A stretch of DNA of 34,203 nucleotides from Octopus sinensis (GCF_006345805.1 NW_021831921.1:1-34203), one strand, 5' to 3'. Numbered from the stretch's first letter, positions 1 to 12,307 are shown. The notes: generated by a model from the sequence alone, not told the origin. Made by a program: numbers and translations.

Positions 1-71
1 GCCTTCGTATGGATAAAAAAGATTAGCCACAAAAAAAAAATGAAATGTGTTACTCTTTTGTTGGTTTATTC

Positions 72-262
72 TTATATTTGTTTCAGTCGTTTGACTGCGG
101 CCATGCTGGAGCACCGCCTTTAGTCGAACAAACCGACTCCAGGACCTCTTTGTAAGCCTTGTACTTCTCCTATCGGTCTCTTTTTGCCGAACCCTAGGTT
201 ACGGGAACGTAAACATCGGTTGTCAAGCGATGGTGGGGCGACAAACACAAACATATATATAT
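72..262 (-). mobile_element. SINE family A, 3' half
   Basis: tttcagtcgtttgactgcggccatgctggagcaccgcc...cggttgtcaagcg; the same sequence recurs at 9683, 15735, 17006 and 19961. Confidence 0.85.
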
Positions 263-436
263 ACTGAAGTGTCCCTTATTTTTCAACTTTCTAAAAGTTT
301 ATTTCCTACCACCCCCTATCTTGTTCCAATTAACAAAAAAAAACAAAAAAACAAACAAACACTATGCAAAATTTTAGCTCAATCGAACAACTGCAATGCG
401 ATCCTCATCGATCATGAAATTTCAAAGTTTCCTTCT

Positions 437-474
437 GGGTTATTCTCAGTAACAGGGGTTATTCTCAGTAACAG
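437..474. repeat. Perfect 19-bp tandem duplication
   Basis: gggttattctcagtaacag twice (437-455, 456-474). Confidence 0.9.
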
Positions 475-1110
475 AAGGATAAGTGACAATAAATGTAATG
501 AGGAAGGCAACTTTCAAAGCTAGGGACAGAGCGTAGGTATAGGGTAAACACCTATTTTTCGCCGTCATCCAGTCGGCGGCCAGCCCTGACCAAGTGACGT
601 TGGGAGTTGCGTTAGAATTGTGTTGCACCTAACGGTAGTGTTGAGAAATAAAATTATTAATATACATTGGTCATAAACTGAACCAATATGACTCGTCCGC
701 GTTTGTAAATATAAGTCATTTTTAATAACTTGTAAGCATTCCATTTTGTTGTGGCGCATTACGATATTAACCCTGACAAAGTTGTAATACCATGTTTATA
801 ACCTCTCCGTTTTTATGTTATGTACTTTGTATATTTATTACCAATGCCTTAGAACAAAATTTAGAGAAGCGAGACACAGAAATACAGCACAAATTTAATC
901 TAAACGTCTGTTAACAACTGCACTGAGATAGAAAGCTGCTCCCAGCACTCACAGGCGTTGAAAAGGTTGATTGACTGGCAATAATTGTAACTTTTTAAGG
1001 TAAGGAGCCTTGGGAGTTCCTGAAATGCCAGCATCTTCAGGAGAACAGCAAGCCATGGAGAGAAGTGGGGGTATAACCGTCAAAATTCAGGCACTTTGCA
1101 AGTTCCATTC

Positions 1111-1676
1111 CAGAGAGGACAAACAAGGACAGACAAACGGATTAAGTCGTTTAGATCGACCCCAGTGCGCAACTGGTACTTATTTAATCGACCCCGAGAG
1201 GATGAAAGGCAAAGTCGACCTCGGCGGAATTTGAACTAAGAACGTAGCGGCAGACGAACTACCTATTTCTTTACTATCCACAAGGGGCTAAACACAGAGA
1301 GGACAAACAAGGACAGGCAAACGGATTAAATCGATTATATCGACCCCAGTGCTTAACTGGTACCTATTTAATCGACCCCGAAAGGATGAAAGGCAAAGTC
1401 GACCTCGGCGGAATTTGAAGTCAGAACGTAACGGCGGACGAAATACGCTACGCATTTCGCCCGACGTGCCAACGTTTCTGCCAGCTCGCCGCCTTTAAAT
1501 TATTTCATTATTGCCCACAGGGGGCTAAACAGAGGGAACAAACAAGGACAAGGGGATTAAGTCGATTACATCGACCTCTGTGCGTAACTGGTACTTAATT
1601 TATCGACCCCGAAAGGGTGAAAGCAAAGTCGACCTCGGCGGAATTTGAACTCAGAACGTAAAATCAGACGAAATGC
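1111..1676 (-). mobile_element. SINE family B, three head-to-tail units
   Basis: Three repeats of cgaccccgaaaggatgaaaggcaaagtcgacctcggcggaatttgaac; only the middle unit (1258-1494) keeps the head ending ctgccagctcgccgcc. Confidence 0.9.
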
Positions 1677-1683
1677 AAGTGGA

Positions 1684-1732
<49 letters not shown>

Positions 1733-1892
1733 ACATGCAAGTAGATGTGTATGCATGCATGAAAGGGGAGGTGATGTGTGTGCATGCAAGGGAATGTGTG
1801 TGTACGCAAGTGGATGTGTGTGCATATGTGCCTATATGTATGTATGCGAGTGTGCATACATGAGTGTATGCTTGTGTGTGCATGTATGTATG

Positions 1893-2075
1893 TGTATGCG
1901 TGTTTGTCTTCCACCACCGCTTGACAACCAGTGTTAATTTGTTTACGTCCCTGTGTCTTAGCGGCTCTGTAAAAGAAGCCGTTCGGATAAGAAATATAAA
2001 TGGTAAAAATAAACATTGATGTCGATTTGTTCGACTAAAACTCGCCAAGGCAGTGCCCCAGTATCAAGCGTGAAA
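1893..2075 (+). mobile_element. Diverged SINE A-related 3' half
   Basis: cgcttgacaacc...gtttacgtcc...gtcgatttgttcgactaa...ggcagtgccccagtat aligns by eye to the family A tail. Confidence 0.7.
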
Positions 2076-3340
2076 CCATCTTTATCCATTAAAGAAAATA
2101 AAAAAAAAAATTTAAATGCCACCTGTAATCTGCTTCCTTGCTGGTACACAACGGAATGAAACGATTATGCGGATGCTGACGATTTAGTGCAGCTGAAAGG
2201 ACATTGAGACTGTTTGGGTGACAATAGATTTAGTTTTTGGCACTGGAAGTAATTACACACGCGCGAGAGTATAAATATGCAGAGTGTGAGTGAATGAGAG
2301 AAAGAGGGAGGTAGAGAAAGGAAGGAGAGAGAGAGAGGGGGGAGAGAGATTACAATTAAATGAATATGAACGACAGAAATAATTTCCTTCATATATACAT
2401 AGAGATATAAGCTCATTCAAATAAAGAGAGAAAAAATGGAGAGAATGAGAGAAGCATTAATACGAGAGAAACATTAAAACGTCTGATGTCAAATAAGTCA
2501 ACGTAGAATTAGCGACGCCAAAAGAGGTGGTGCCAAAACAGCTGAGCCTAAATGTCTCATACGCAAGTATACGAAGCCTTATATCAATCTTATTGCTCCA
2601 AACAAGCAAATGAATTTCCATAAGAACAAAAGTGATGCTGCAATGTCTTATATGTATGTAGAATCAATTACTGACCAACAAATTGATCATTCTTTTATCT
2701 GATGCTGACACACTTAGCTAACATACCAAGGCATATTAGGAATAGATACAAACGTTATGGTGTGTAAATTAAACATCGTTTGTATTCAGGTGATTTCAAG
2801 CTGTCTGCTGTAGATTATAAACTACTTGATACTATCTTACAGTGCACAGATTCAGTAGAGAAATAGGTGAGGAAATTCGGTTTGGAAAAATGTGACGAGG
2901 TCGCTTTGAAGAGAGAAAGGGAATAAGAAATAGTAATGTCACATCAGATAATGAAACGAAAACGAGAGAATTAAGCCAAAAATAGACGTTCAAAGTATTT
3001 AGAATATAATGAGCAAAACAGTACAACACACTAATGGAATAGAAGGTGAAGAATGAATTTATAGTTGCGTTAAATTAAAACTAAAATAATAGCTGGTAAT
3101 TCCCTAGTTGCTTCAGTGTGAGGTTACACTTAATATTCTCAGAAAGGAGATTATTGGTTTAGCAAGATTAGTTAAGAAATCAAGCAAAATGACTATTTCA
3201 ATATACTATGTTTTACTTGCATCAGTCATTAGACTGCGGCCGTAGGAAACTATTATAAAACAGTCGCTCCAGGACGACGATAGACGATAGCTTTAAAGGA
3301 AAGAGCTATATACAAATTCTGAACAAAACATTGTTTTCCG

Positions 3341-3770
3341 ATTTGGACACAAGGCCAGCAATGTCAGCATAGAGGGTAAATAGATTACATCGATCCCGGT
3401 GCTAAACTGGTACTTATTTTAGCGACCCCGAAAGGATAAAAGGCAAAGTCGACTTCGGCAGCATTTGAACTCAGAACGCAAAGTCGGAAGAAATGCTGTT
3501 TAACAGTTGTGATTCTGCCAGCTCGCCGCCTTAATCCTGAACGAAATATTGATTTCAAATTTTGGAACAAGGACTGCAATTTCAGGAAAGTAAGAAAGTT
3601 GATAACATCGACTCTAATACTCATCTGGTACTTATCTTATCGACCCTGAAAGTAATGAAGGACAAAGTCGACTTTGGAGAAATTTGAACTCAGAAAGCAG
3701 TGATGAACGAAGTGCTGCTAAGTATTCCCCCCACCCCGGAAAGCTAAGGATTCTGCCATTTTGCTGCTTT
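3341..3770 (-). mobile_element. SINE B-related tandem pair
   Basis: Two diverged units (3341-3532, 3561-3770) with the gaaaggataaaaggcaaagtcgac core and head remnants. Confidence 0.8.
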
Positions 3771-4569
3771 ATTCCTGAACAAAATATTATTAAAAGACAT
3801 TTTCCATCTTCACTGTCCCACGATAACTATAAAATAGAGACTCAGGTCATAAACAATAACAAAAAATTATTCAAATGTAAGAATTAAATGAAAAACAAAA
3901 GCAAAGGCCATTCAATACCCGATGAGACTCAAGAAGCAAAGCATAAAATATAACTGTTATGTGTGCGGCGTTAGCGTGGTGTGTGTGTGTGTGTGTGTAG
4001 TCTGAATAAAATCATATTGTTTTTTGATTGCCCATTCTTAGTTAAATATGACAGAACTGGGGTTTTATGAAGTAAAAACTATGAAGCTATATATTTAGAA
4101 AAGACACGGTATGAACAAACAGCACGACTTCTTTGAAAAAAAATTTAAAGCAATATTATTTCAGGACTTTCCAATTGACACAAACAATCGCTTTTGCATT
4201 CTTTTCAAAGACTACCCGTAATATATATCTTCTAATCGCTGTATCATTTTCAACAGATCTTGTCTGCATATTTATGAAAGAACTGGATAAGTTGTCCGAA
4301 TAAAAAATATCTAGTATATGTGAACTGAAAATAGAAACGATCTCTATCACTAAAGGCGCATTGGAGAAAAACAACAGGCATTAGATACTTACGCAACATA
4401 CAAACATAGTTCCGTTCTTTATATAAACAAACACATACGCAAAAATGAATTGTTGGATATCTAATAGATACACGGAGCAGTGGAAAGCTATGTAATAAAA
4501 ACATACAGACAGGAATGTCTCAAACTGTTCTGTAGAAACAACCATTACTCTTCTGTTATTGTTATCCAT

Positions 4570-5200
4570 AAATTTCTGCAGATATAATCACATGCAATAT
4601 CACAGCATACCATTAGCCATGGCATCCAGAGGGATTGTTTTTTTATTAGGCATTAGCAGCAAATGGACCACGTAACCAGAGAAACCCTTCCTTCTTAGGA
4701 GAAACGAACGACCATGAGCTCCAAACCACTCGGGCGTTTCCTAGAAGGTGAGATGGTCAAACGGTAGAACAGACAGATATGATATAGGGCTTAGCCGACT
4801 TTTCGAAAATATCATCCCCTTATCCATTTCTCAGTGAGACTAGTAACACTAACCACAACATCTTCCTAGTTATTATTCATCTGGTATGGGATCGAATGAG
4901 ACCACGAGTACCTTTATCAGACCATCAGTTCGACGGCAAAAGGCATTGTCCAGTATGGAATATGGACTTGCCCTTTCAACGTCGAATTGCCAGTCCATTG
5001 ATTTGTCCCAGTTAATCATTATCCTTGTTATCTCATGCTGCTGCTCTACCAATATTGTGCAAATGGCTTCGATTTCCGATGTCTCCGACACTATCATGGA
5101 GATGCCACTCACACATACAGACATAGATGACCTTTCTGTGTCCCATCTCAAGCGGAATGTCCTGTAACGCTTCCAGCTTGAACAGTAGTGGCATGACTGC
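4570..5200 (-). mobile_element. Heavily decayed LINE AP-endonuclease-like fragment (tentative)
   Basis: Across shifting minus frames: KLEALQDIPLEM..VCMCEW, QCLLPSN (cf. QCYAPTN), G*YFRKVG (cf. GDFNAKVG) and CDYIC (cf. IDYI), in the expected order; many stops. Confidence 0.35.
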
Positions 5201-5543
5201 TGAAACATCCAAAGACATCCAAATGATATGGTTGCGTGAAACGACACGGTGCTTTTTATTTACCGTTTAATCTAACCACTCTCTGCGTTACTTTAACTGA
5301 AAAAGGTGGAAAACGTTTATCTAAAAGTTCGTGTTAGGGTGCTTCCTGTGTTAACGGTTCCATAACAGAGCCTTCCAACATGGGATCTTTTTAAAACTAC
5401 ACCTCATGTGAATTTCTTTCCCATAATTGTGTATATTCAGCATTCTGTCTTTATGAAGAGCTTGTCTTCTATAACTTTCAGGTGAAACATTTCCGTTACT
5501 CCATCATCTTTTCCTACTACTTTTGTAATGTTTGCAATTATAT

Positions 5544-5707
5544 AGGCGCAGGAGTGGTTGTGTAGTGAGTATCTTGCTTACCAGTTACATGGTCCCCGGG
5601 TTCAGCCTTACTGCGTGGCACCTTGGACTAGTGTCCTCTACAATAGCCTCGGGCCGAATAAAGCCTTGTGAATAGATTTGGTTGACGGAAACTGAAAGTA
5701 GCCCGTC

Positions 5708-5708
<1 letters not shown>
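5544..5708 (+). mobile_element. SINE family A, 5' half (tRNA-like head plus central domain)
   Basis: aggcgcaggagtggttgtgtagt...gggttcag...aaagccttgtgaatagatttggttgacggaaactgaaagtagcccgtcg, followed by (TA)n. Confidence 0.85.
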
Positions 5709-5750
<42 letters not shown>

Positions 5751-6449
5751 CAGAAAGACTGCCATCCGGGCGGTTTTCTGACGGTCCCTTGATAATATTT
5801 TCACATTTGATTCCCATTTCTAATGTTTATATTTCTAATGTTTATTCCTTTGTATAATAGTGCTCACTTGCTTAGTAAATATTGCTTTCATTCTTTCATT
5901 ACAGTCATAATCTCTTTTTTTAAAAACATCACACTAGTCCAACAACAGAGGAAGAAGCAGTTTGTCAAGTTTTACCTTCCCCTCAAAGCAACAGAGATTT
6001 TAATTCAGCAGCTCATTTGTAAGCTTCGAAGTGTGTGTGTGAGAGAGAGAGAACGTTACAAACAATGACTAAAATAAACATGAAATGAAAACACCGTGTA
6101 AACAAAAGGGCATTACTACAGATGTATACCCCCGACTTTGTTGCTTCATAACATCCAGAAAAAGATACTTTTTAACAAAACTTTCTACAAATACCGTTTA
6201 GATGTTGTGGCTTCAAAGTATATAGGGATTTATGGGAAATAATTTTTGCGATTGGGTGGAGAAAGGAGTTTCAGAAAATTCACACCGACTTTTTTCCCTC
6301 ATAACTTTCAGGAAGATGGGTATCTTAATGAACATTTATACAAATCCCTTTCAAACGGTATAGATTACGATAATAAAGAAATTATTTGGGGAAACTTTTT
6401 CGGGAATTTTCCCCATTTTTTTAAAACCACAGCCTTCGAAATAAGGTTG

Positions 6450-6790
6450 GGGGAATCTTTGTATAAAAAAAAGTTTTATAAACTTTTTACACCCACCTCC
6501 TTCATCGTCCCATTCCGGACCTATTTTGCCCAATTTTTTTATATTGTTACACTTCAAAACCATGGGAAGAGCATTTTCGTTAAAAGTAAGAGATTAATAT
6601 TTTCAGAGGGCAATTTGGATGTTTCTAGCACCTCCAAAGACAGCCCGCCTCGTTCCTTTATCACTCTTGCATGTATTGATGTTTTCCAACAATTTTTCTC
6701 TAGAAATACATTTATATGCTATAAGAAAAAGAATATTTCAGAAAGCCTGAGAAGGTCATTGCTGGTATTTATCCACAGGATTTAAAAAAA
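6450..6790 (-). mobile_element. Decayed L1/Tx1-like RT C-terminal fragment (tentative)
   Basis: Minus frame LSEIFFFL*..CWKTSIHARVIKERGGLSL..LLTKMLFPW resembles the FLW..W..LC.PK.EGGLG motif; several stops. Confidence 0.35.
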
Positions 6791-7277
6791 TTACAGAGAT
6801 GTACTTGCACAATAAATGACTTGATCGGAGACCGTGTGCAGAAACAAAAACAGTTGCAGCGAGGAAGATATTTGAAAACATTCAAGAATACACAAGTTTT
6901 ACTACAACATTAAAACTTCATTTATATAAAAATATTTTCTTTGCCTTGAAACCGCGTCCTCTTCACTGAAAAAACTTCACAAAAGTGATGCAGCACGAAG
7001 TTTTGTCAGTAAACAGCACACACACAAACACACATTCATTCATTGCCTTCCATTTGCGTGTATGCGTATCTATGCGTGTGCGCGAATGTGTATTGGGAGG
7101 GAGTGCAAATTTCGACCACTTGTCGGTAAATTTGTTTTTTTTATTTTCTCCTTGTCTTACAGTAATTACCCAACTTTCTAGGCTCTTCTCTCAGCTATCC
7201 CGCGTTCAAAAATTATACGGGCATTTAAAAAAAATTCATTCAATAAATAATGTTTTTACATTACGTATACATTAATA

Positions 7278-7334
7278 TATTCCTTTACTACCCACAAGGG
7301 GCTAAACACAGAGGGGACAAACAAGGACGGACAA
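7278..7334 (-). mobile_element. 57-bp 5'-truncated SINE B with 20-bp target-site duplication
   Basis: Family B tail flanked by identical acattacgtatacattaata at 7258-7277 and 7335-7354. Confidence 0.85.
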
Positions 7335-8042
7335 ACATTACGTATACATTAATAGCGAATTAAAACTTAAGAGAAAGTGAGAGACTTTGCAAATGAAAAT
7401 GGAATACTTTGCAGTGAATATCTAAATTTGTGATGAATTGGATGCAGAGAATATTTAAATTCCCGAGATGTTGAAGTTAAAAAAAAATTCAATGAACTCG
7501 AGAAATCGAAATTATAGGATATTTCTTAGGACATGAATATATAAAGATATTTCCAAACGACCAACCCTTTAATAATTGTTTTCTTTTAATACTATTAGTA
7601 ATTGTTACATACCTAATCAATAAACAGCTTTCTCCATTATAGTATAGATACGTATGTGTTTGAGTGCGAAGGCCCAATGGCCCACGCAGTTGCACGTGGT
7701 CTATTGCCGAGAGCTATCGTATTGGACCTCTGTCTAATCTGGCGTGCTAAACCTGATTTTAATAATTAAGTTTTGCAGCATGCCTTAGTTCATCTTCGGA
7801 ATGTCTTATCTCCCTTCCCTCCTGAGACTTCATTTGACATACCTCTGCTGATCTTGAGAAAGTCTCGTCTCCCTTCTCTGTCGAAACTCTTGCCTTCGAT
7901 TTTTTGCCATCATCCTCGCTTTATACGTGATTCTGGAGAGATTACGTTTTTCCTTTGGTGGCATATTTTTCAATATTGTAACCAAAAAATTATGAACATA
8001 GAAAAAATATACATTAATCTCTATTTTTGTAAGCAGTTGTAT

Positions 8043-8419
8043 GTATATAGTATGTCTGTATTTTTGTATGCAGTGTAAATTAATGAAATATAAACAAATG
8101 AACGAAATAGAAGCACATGCATGGAGCTGCTAATTTAACGGTAAATGCCACCATAATTATTACAGAGAAACAAAGAATTTATATTTTACCTTGCAACTGC
8201 CGCGATATTTATTAACTGGTAATGGAACAGTAAATATGTATTGTTTTGATGGAAATAAAATTTCGTATTCCCCAGACAGCACTTCGATCGTCCACTGAGT
8301 GTATAACACACAGCAAGGAGAAAGAGACAAAAATAGTGAGTGAGTGTGTGTGTGGGGGGCTTGTTTAGTAACCTACGGTATATAATATGTATGTATTTTT
8401 GTATGCAGTGTAAATTAAT
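8043..8419. repeat. 42-bp direct repeats 335 bp apart
   Basis: 8043-8084 and 8378-8419 differ at 2 positions. Confidence 0.85.
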
Positions 8420-8515
8420 CCCCCAAAATTAGATGTTGACACCCCTGGGGTTTCATAGTATTTGGTTGTGTCGCTTGAGAAAGCATTAGGAACAGACAGA
8501 GATGCAAAGGATTTT

Positions 8516-8573
<58 letters not shown>

Positions 8574-9073
8574 ATGTGTGTGTGTGTGTGTGCGTGTGTG
8601 TGTGGGGGGGTGTTTGTGTGTGTGTGTGTTATATACATCATGCATAAATACAGACAGAAAGGTCGGGACAGAACTGAAAGTCTATAGGCAAATACATATC
8701 CACCTGTCACCCATTCAAGCATACATTCACACACACACATACACACACATTAATAACGCCCACACACATATTCATATATCCTCGCGTTTTTCAACTTCCC
8801 TACATATAACAGTGTCCCACATTGCGATAGAAGTGCAACAGTTTGATAGCCATTAATCCATGTGTAAGCAAAACAAGGATTACTCTGGCCACTATCGAAT
8901 CACAGTTCGGCTCACACGGTCATCTGGTCGACTGCACACTTCAGCTAACTGAGAAGAACTGCTTGTTAACGACTAATAAGGGACGCAATTAACAAAGCAT
9001 CAACTGTACTACTCCGTCCGTTGCTAGTGTAATCCGTGCTTAACTCAAACTTGAATAAACATACCCCTATATA

Positions 9074-9074
<1 letters not shown>

Positions 9075-9139
<65 letters not shown>

Positions 9140-9312
9140 CTATATATAAATATATATATTATATAAATATATATACTATAATATATATATATATATACAT
9201 ATTTATATACATATATATATAATATTTATATATATATATATATATATACATATAGATACATATATATATTACACACATATATATATATATATATATACAT
9301 ATATATATACAT

Positions 9313-9355
<43 letters not shown>

Positions 9356-9372
9356 ATGTATATTATATATAT

Positions 9373-9403
<31 letters not shown>

Positions 9404-9425
9404 CAATATATATATATAATAATTA
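9075..9425. repeat. Long interrupted (TA)n/(CA)n microsatellite; many similar tracts occur, e.g. 8510-8635, 12185-12300, 13325-13500, 13740-13985, 20975-21190, 25180-25410, 25645-25820, 27345-27510
   Basis: Direct inspection. Confidence 0.95.
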
Positions 9426-9430
9426 TAATA

Positions 9431-9643
9431 CATCAGTGTCCCAGAAGTCGCCGCACCATTCTGGTTTTCATTAAAAATAATTCACGCAATTCATTTTGTT
9501 TCTATAATTGATGCATTTTTTCATTGCATAGGCTGCTCAATTTGAGCATTTGTTACGATTATTCTCAATAAAGTGGTTTTGAAATTAATAAGGGTGTGTT
9601 TTTTTAAAAATCCAGGGTGGTGCACGACTTCTGGGGCACCCTG
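9431..9643. mobile_element. Tc1/mariner-type MITE, 213 bp
   Basis: TIRs catcagtgtcccagaagtcgccgcacca / tggtgcacgacttctggggcaccctg with TA on both sides; no ORF. Confidence 0.8.
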
Positions 9644-9682
9644 TATATACATACATATATATATTCTCTTCTCCCTCTCTTT

Positions 9683-10066
9683 CTCTTTTACTTGTTTCAG
9701 TCATTTGACTGCGGCCATGCTGGAGCACCACCTTTAATCGAGCAACTCGACCCCGGCACTTATTCTTTTGTAAGCCCAGTACTTATTCTATCGGTCTCTT
9801 TTGCCGAACCGCTAAGTAACGGGGACATAAACACACCAGCATCGGTTGTCAAGCAATGCTAGGGGGACAAACATACACACGCATATATATATATGTAAAT
9901 ATATATATACATATATACGACGGGCTTCTTTCAGTTTCCGTCTACCAAATCCACTCACAAGGCTTTGGTCGGCCCGAGGCTATAGTAGAAGACACTTGCC
10001 CCAGGTGCCACGCAGTGGGACTGAACCCAGAACCATGTGGTTTGTAAACAAGCTACTTACCACACA
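9683..10066 (-). mobile_element. Near full-length SINE A lacking the extreme 5' head
   Basis: Continuous match from the tail (tttcagtcatttgactgcggcc) to caagctacttaccacac, then an abrupt switch to PLE sequence. Confidence 0.9.
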
Positions 10067-10077
10067 AACTGAAGTAG

Positions 10078-10737
10078 GATTTACAACCAAAACCCCTACC
10101 CTACATATCCACATACAACCCCCTTAACAATGAAACCTTCGGCACCATCCTCCAAAACATTCCTCTGCTAAAAAGGGACCACAGAATGAATCTAATCCTC
10201 CAAACGCACACCATCATAAAGAGAAAAAGACAACCCAAATCAATTAAACGTCTCCTAACACACGCTCAAGTTCATTCGGTAACAGTATTGAAACCGACTG
10301 TAAAAAAATGTGGAAGACCTAACTGTGGTATATGCGTCAACCTAATTGAGGGATCAGAGTTCTCCTTCAAACAAGGTCAAAGTTTTACAGTGAAAAACAA
10401 CTTCACAAGTGTTTCGGAAAACCTAATATATGTATTAACTTGCTCAGGGTGTCGAAAGCAATACAGAGGCCAAACCAAAAACAGTCCACGCCAGATGATG
10501 ACCTTACAATGATCTCAGGTTAAAATTCAAGAACACAGGAAAATAGCAATTGGCGAACACATCGACATTTGTGTCACTAACGAAGAACCCAACTTCAGAA
10601 TTTTTCCCCTCCATAAATTCGGGGACGATGCAACCTATAGTAAGCGCATTAGCAAAGAGTCATATTTTATCACAAAATATAAACCCCTTTTGAATGCTTC
10701 CACAACAGATGACACTACTACAAGGACCTTAGAATAA
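10078..10737 (+). mobile_element. Penelope-like element linker plus GIY-YIG endonuclease, one in-frame stop (10510-10512)
   Basis: PYISTYNP..RQPKSIKRLLT..CGRPNCGIC..NLIYVLTCSGCRKQYRGQT..EHIDIC..KESYFITKYKPLLN: Cys linker, GIY/YIG motifs and conserved Glu/Asn. Confidence 0.9.
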
Positions 10738-12225
10738 TACCCACACAAATATTAAAAACGATATATTCAGAACAGTCACTAACCATGAATTTATTCAGAA
10801 CAATTCCAATCACTACTGCTATAACCACAACAGGTCACTTTTAGGTCACTTAACCATTCAAGAAGACTCTACCAACAGTCTACTACTGTCATACTCCCGT
10901 CTTTTTCCTCTTCTTTCTTTTCTTTTCCTACTCCTTCTTCTTTGCCGTCTCCTTCCCCAAGAAATACTGCTAAAACAATCAAAATCCAGAACCAACATCC
11001 CTCATATTAGATATTTTTTCAGATCTGCTACTACCTTCCTTCCGAGCTTTCACAAAAGTAAAAGAAAGAGAGAGAGCGACAGAAAAAAAGGAAAATGTTC
11101 CACGTATTTGAAGACTATGGCAATATTTTTAAAAACATTTCATTTAATGTTTCCTCAATTTAATAGTTTTTCATGCTTTACTCTAAGTTGAAAAAGTCGG
11201 AAAGACTGAAACCGGTACTAAAATGTTTTCATGATAAAATTATTTTAGCATTTTCTACCTTGTCCATTTTCCTTATATCTATCTATCGATCCACACCTCC
11301 CTCTCTCTCACTCTCTCTCTCTATCTATATGTCTAGCTATCAATATATTTATCTATATATGTTTCTCTCTCTCTTTCTCCACACACACACACACACATAT
11401 ATGTAATCTATGTATGTGTGCTAGCATGCATGTGCTGATGGCTCTGTAATAAGTATGTACGTATGGATGTGTGAGTAGGTAGGCGTGCAAGTATATGTTA
11501 TTTTCAAATTACTGTATTTGTATGTCCATAAATCCAACCATTTGATTATACCATTCTTGCATGCTTTTTTTTTTGAGAGATTTCAAATTATGAATCTAAG
11601 ATTGCATCATTCATATTATTGTAAAAGCGTTTCTCTAGTTATATTCGTTTTTATGTGGACATCCTTGTACGTGCTTACCTAATTCCTTGTGTAAACAGAT
11701 GCGCGTGTTTGTGTGTGTGTGAGAGCGAGAGAGAGAGTGAGAGAGAGAGAGAGAGAGAAAAGAAAGATATTTGTAATTACAGAGAGAAAACTTGGTAATA
11801 TTACCTAAATTTACCAAATCTTAAAATAGCATTGCATTTGCTTATTTAGAAAAAATGATTACAATACATCTCTAAATTATATGCATATAAATACACATAC
11901 ACACATACACTATATGCATCATAATATTTTTAATATATATATATATATATATTGAATATATAATGATAGCATAAAATGCAAACCTAACATGTATTTTTAT
12001 TGCATTTAATAATTTGTATTCTTTTGCAGTTCATTTTCCATAATAAACGATGCTCTGCGATTGTGTATGTCCAATCTTACAAACATCATTGAAAAATAAT
12101 GTTATCAAAGTTTTAATACAAGTAGGTACATATGCAGTTCATACTGACTAAAAGCACATATATCGATATGCTGACGTACGGTCAGACAGAGATTGTGTGT
12201 ATGTGTGTGTGTGTGTGTGTGTGTT

Positions 12226-12267
<42 letters not shown>

Positions 12268-12307
12268 TGTGTGTGTATACAAACATGTATATGCATATAT
12301 ATATATA

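Noticed and set aside
1111-1676. CRISPR-like array
   Set aside because: The units are long SINE copies without unique spacers; no cas genes; eukaryotic context.
2162-2190. DYADADDLV as a reverse-transcriptase YADD motif
   Set aside because: Isolated, not an exact motif, and flanked by stops with no other RT motifs.
4873-5247. 124-aa minus ORF and overlapping 93-aa plus ORF as genes
   Set aside because: No recognisable family or splice signals; better explained as a decayed retroelement.
6246-6785. Longest ORF (179 aa, + strand) as a gene
   Set aside because: No recognisable domain, a TTG start and F/K-rich composition typical of antisense AT-rich DNA; the opposite strand shows decayed LINE-like motifs.
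7790-7945. R/E-rich minus-strand peptide (RQRRETRLSQDQQR) as a Helitron N-terminus
   Set aside because: Low-complexity similarity only; no Rep/helicase motifs or termini nearby.
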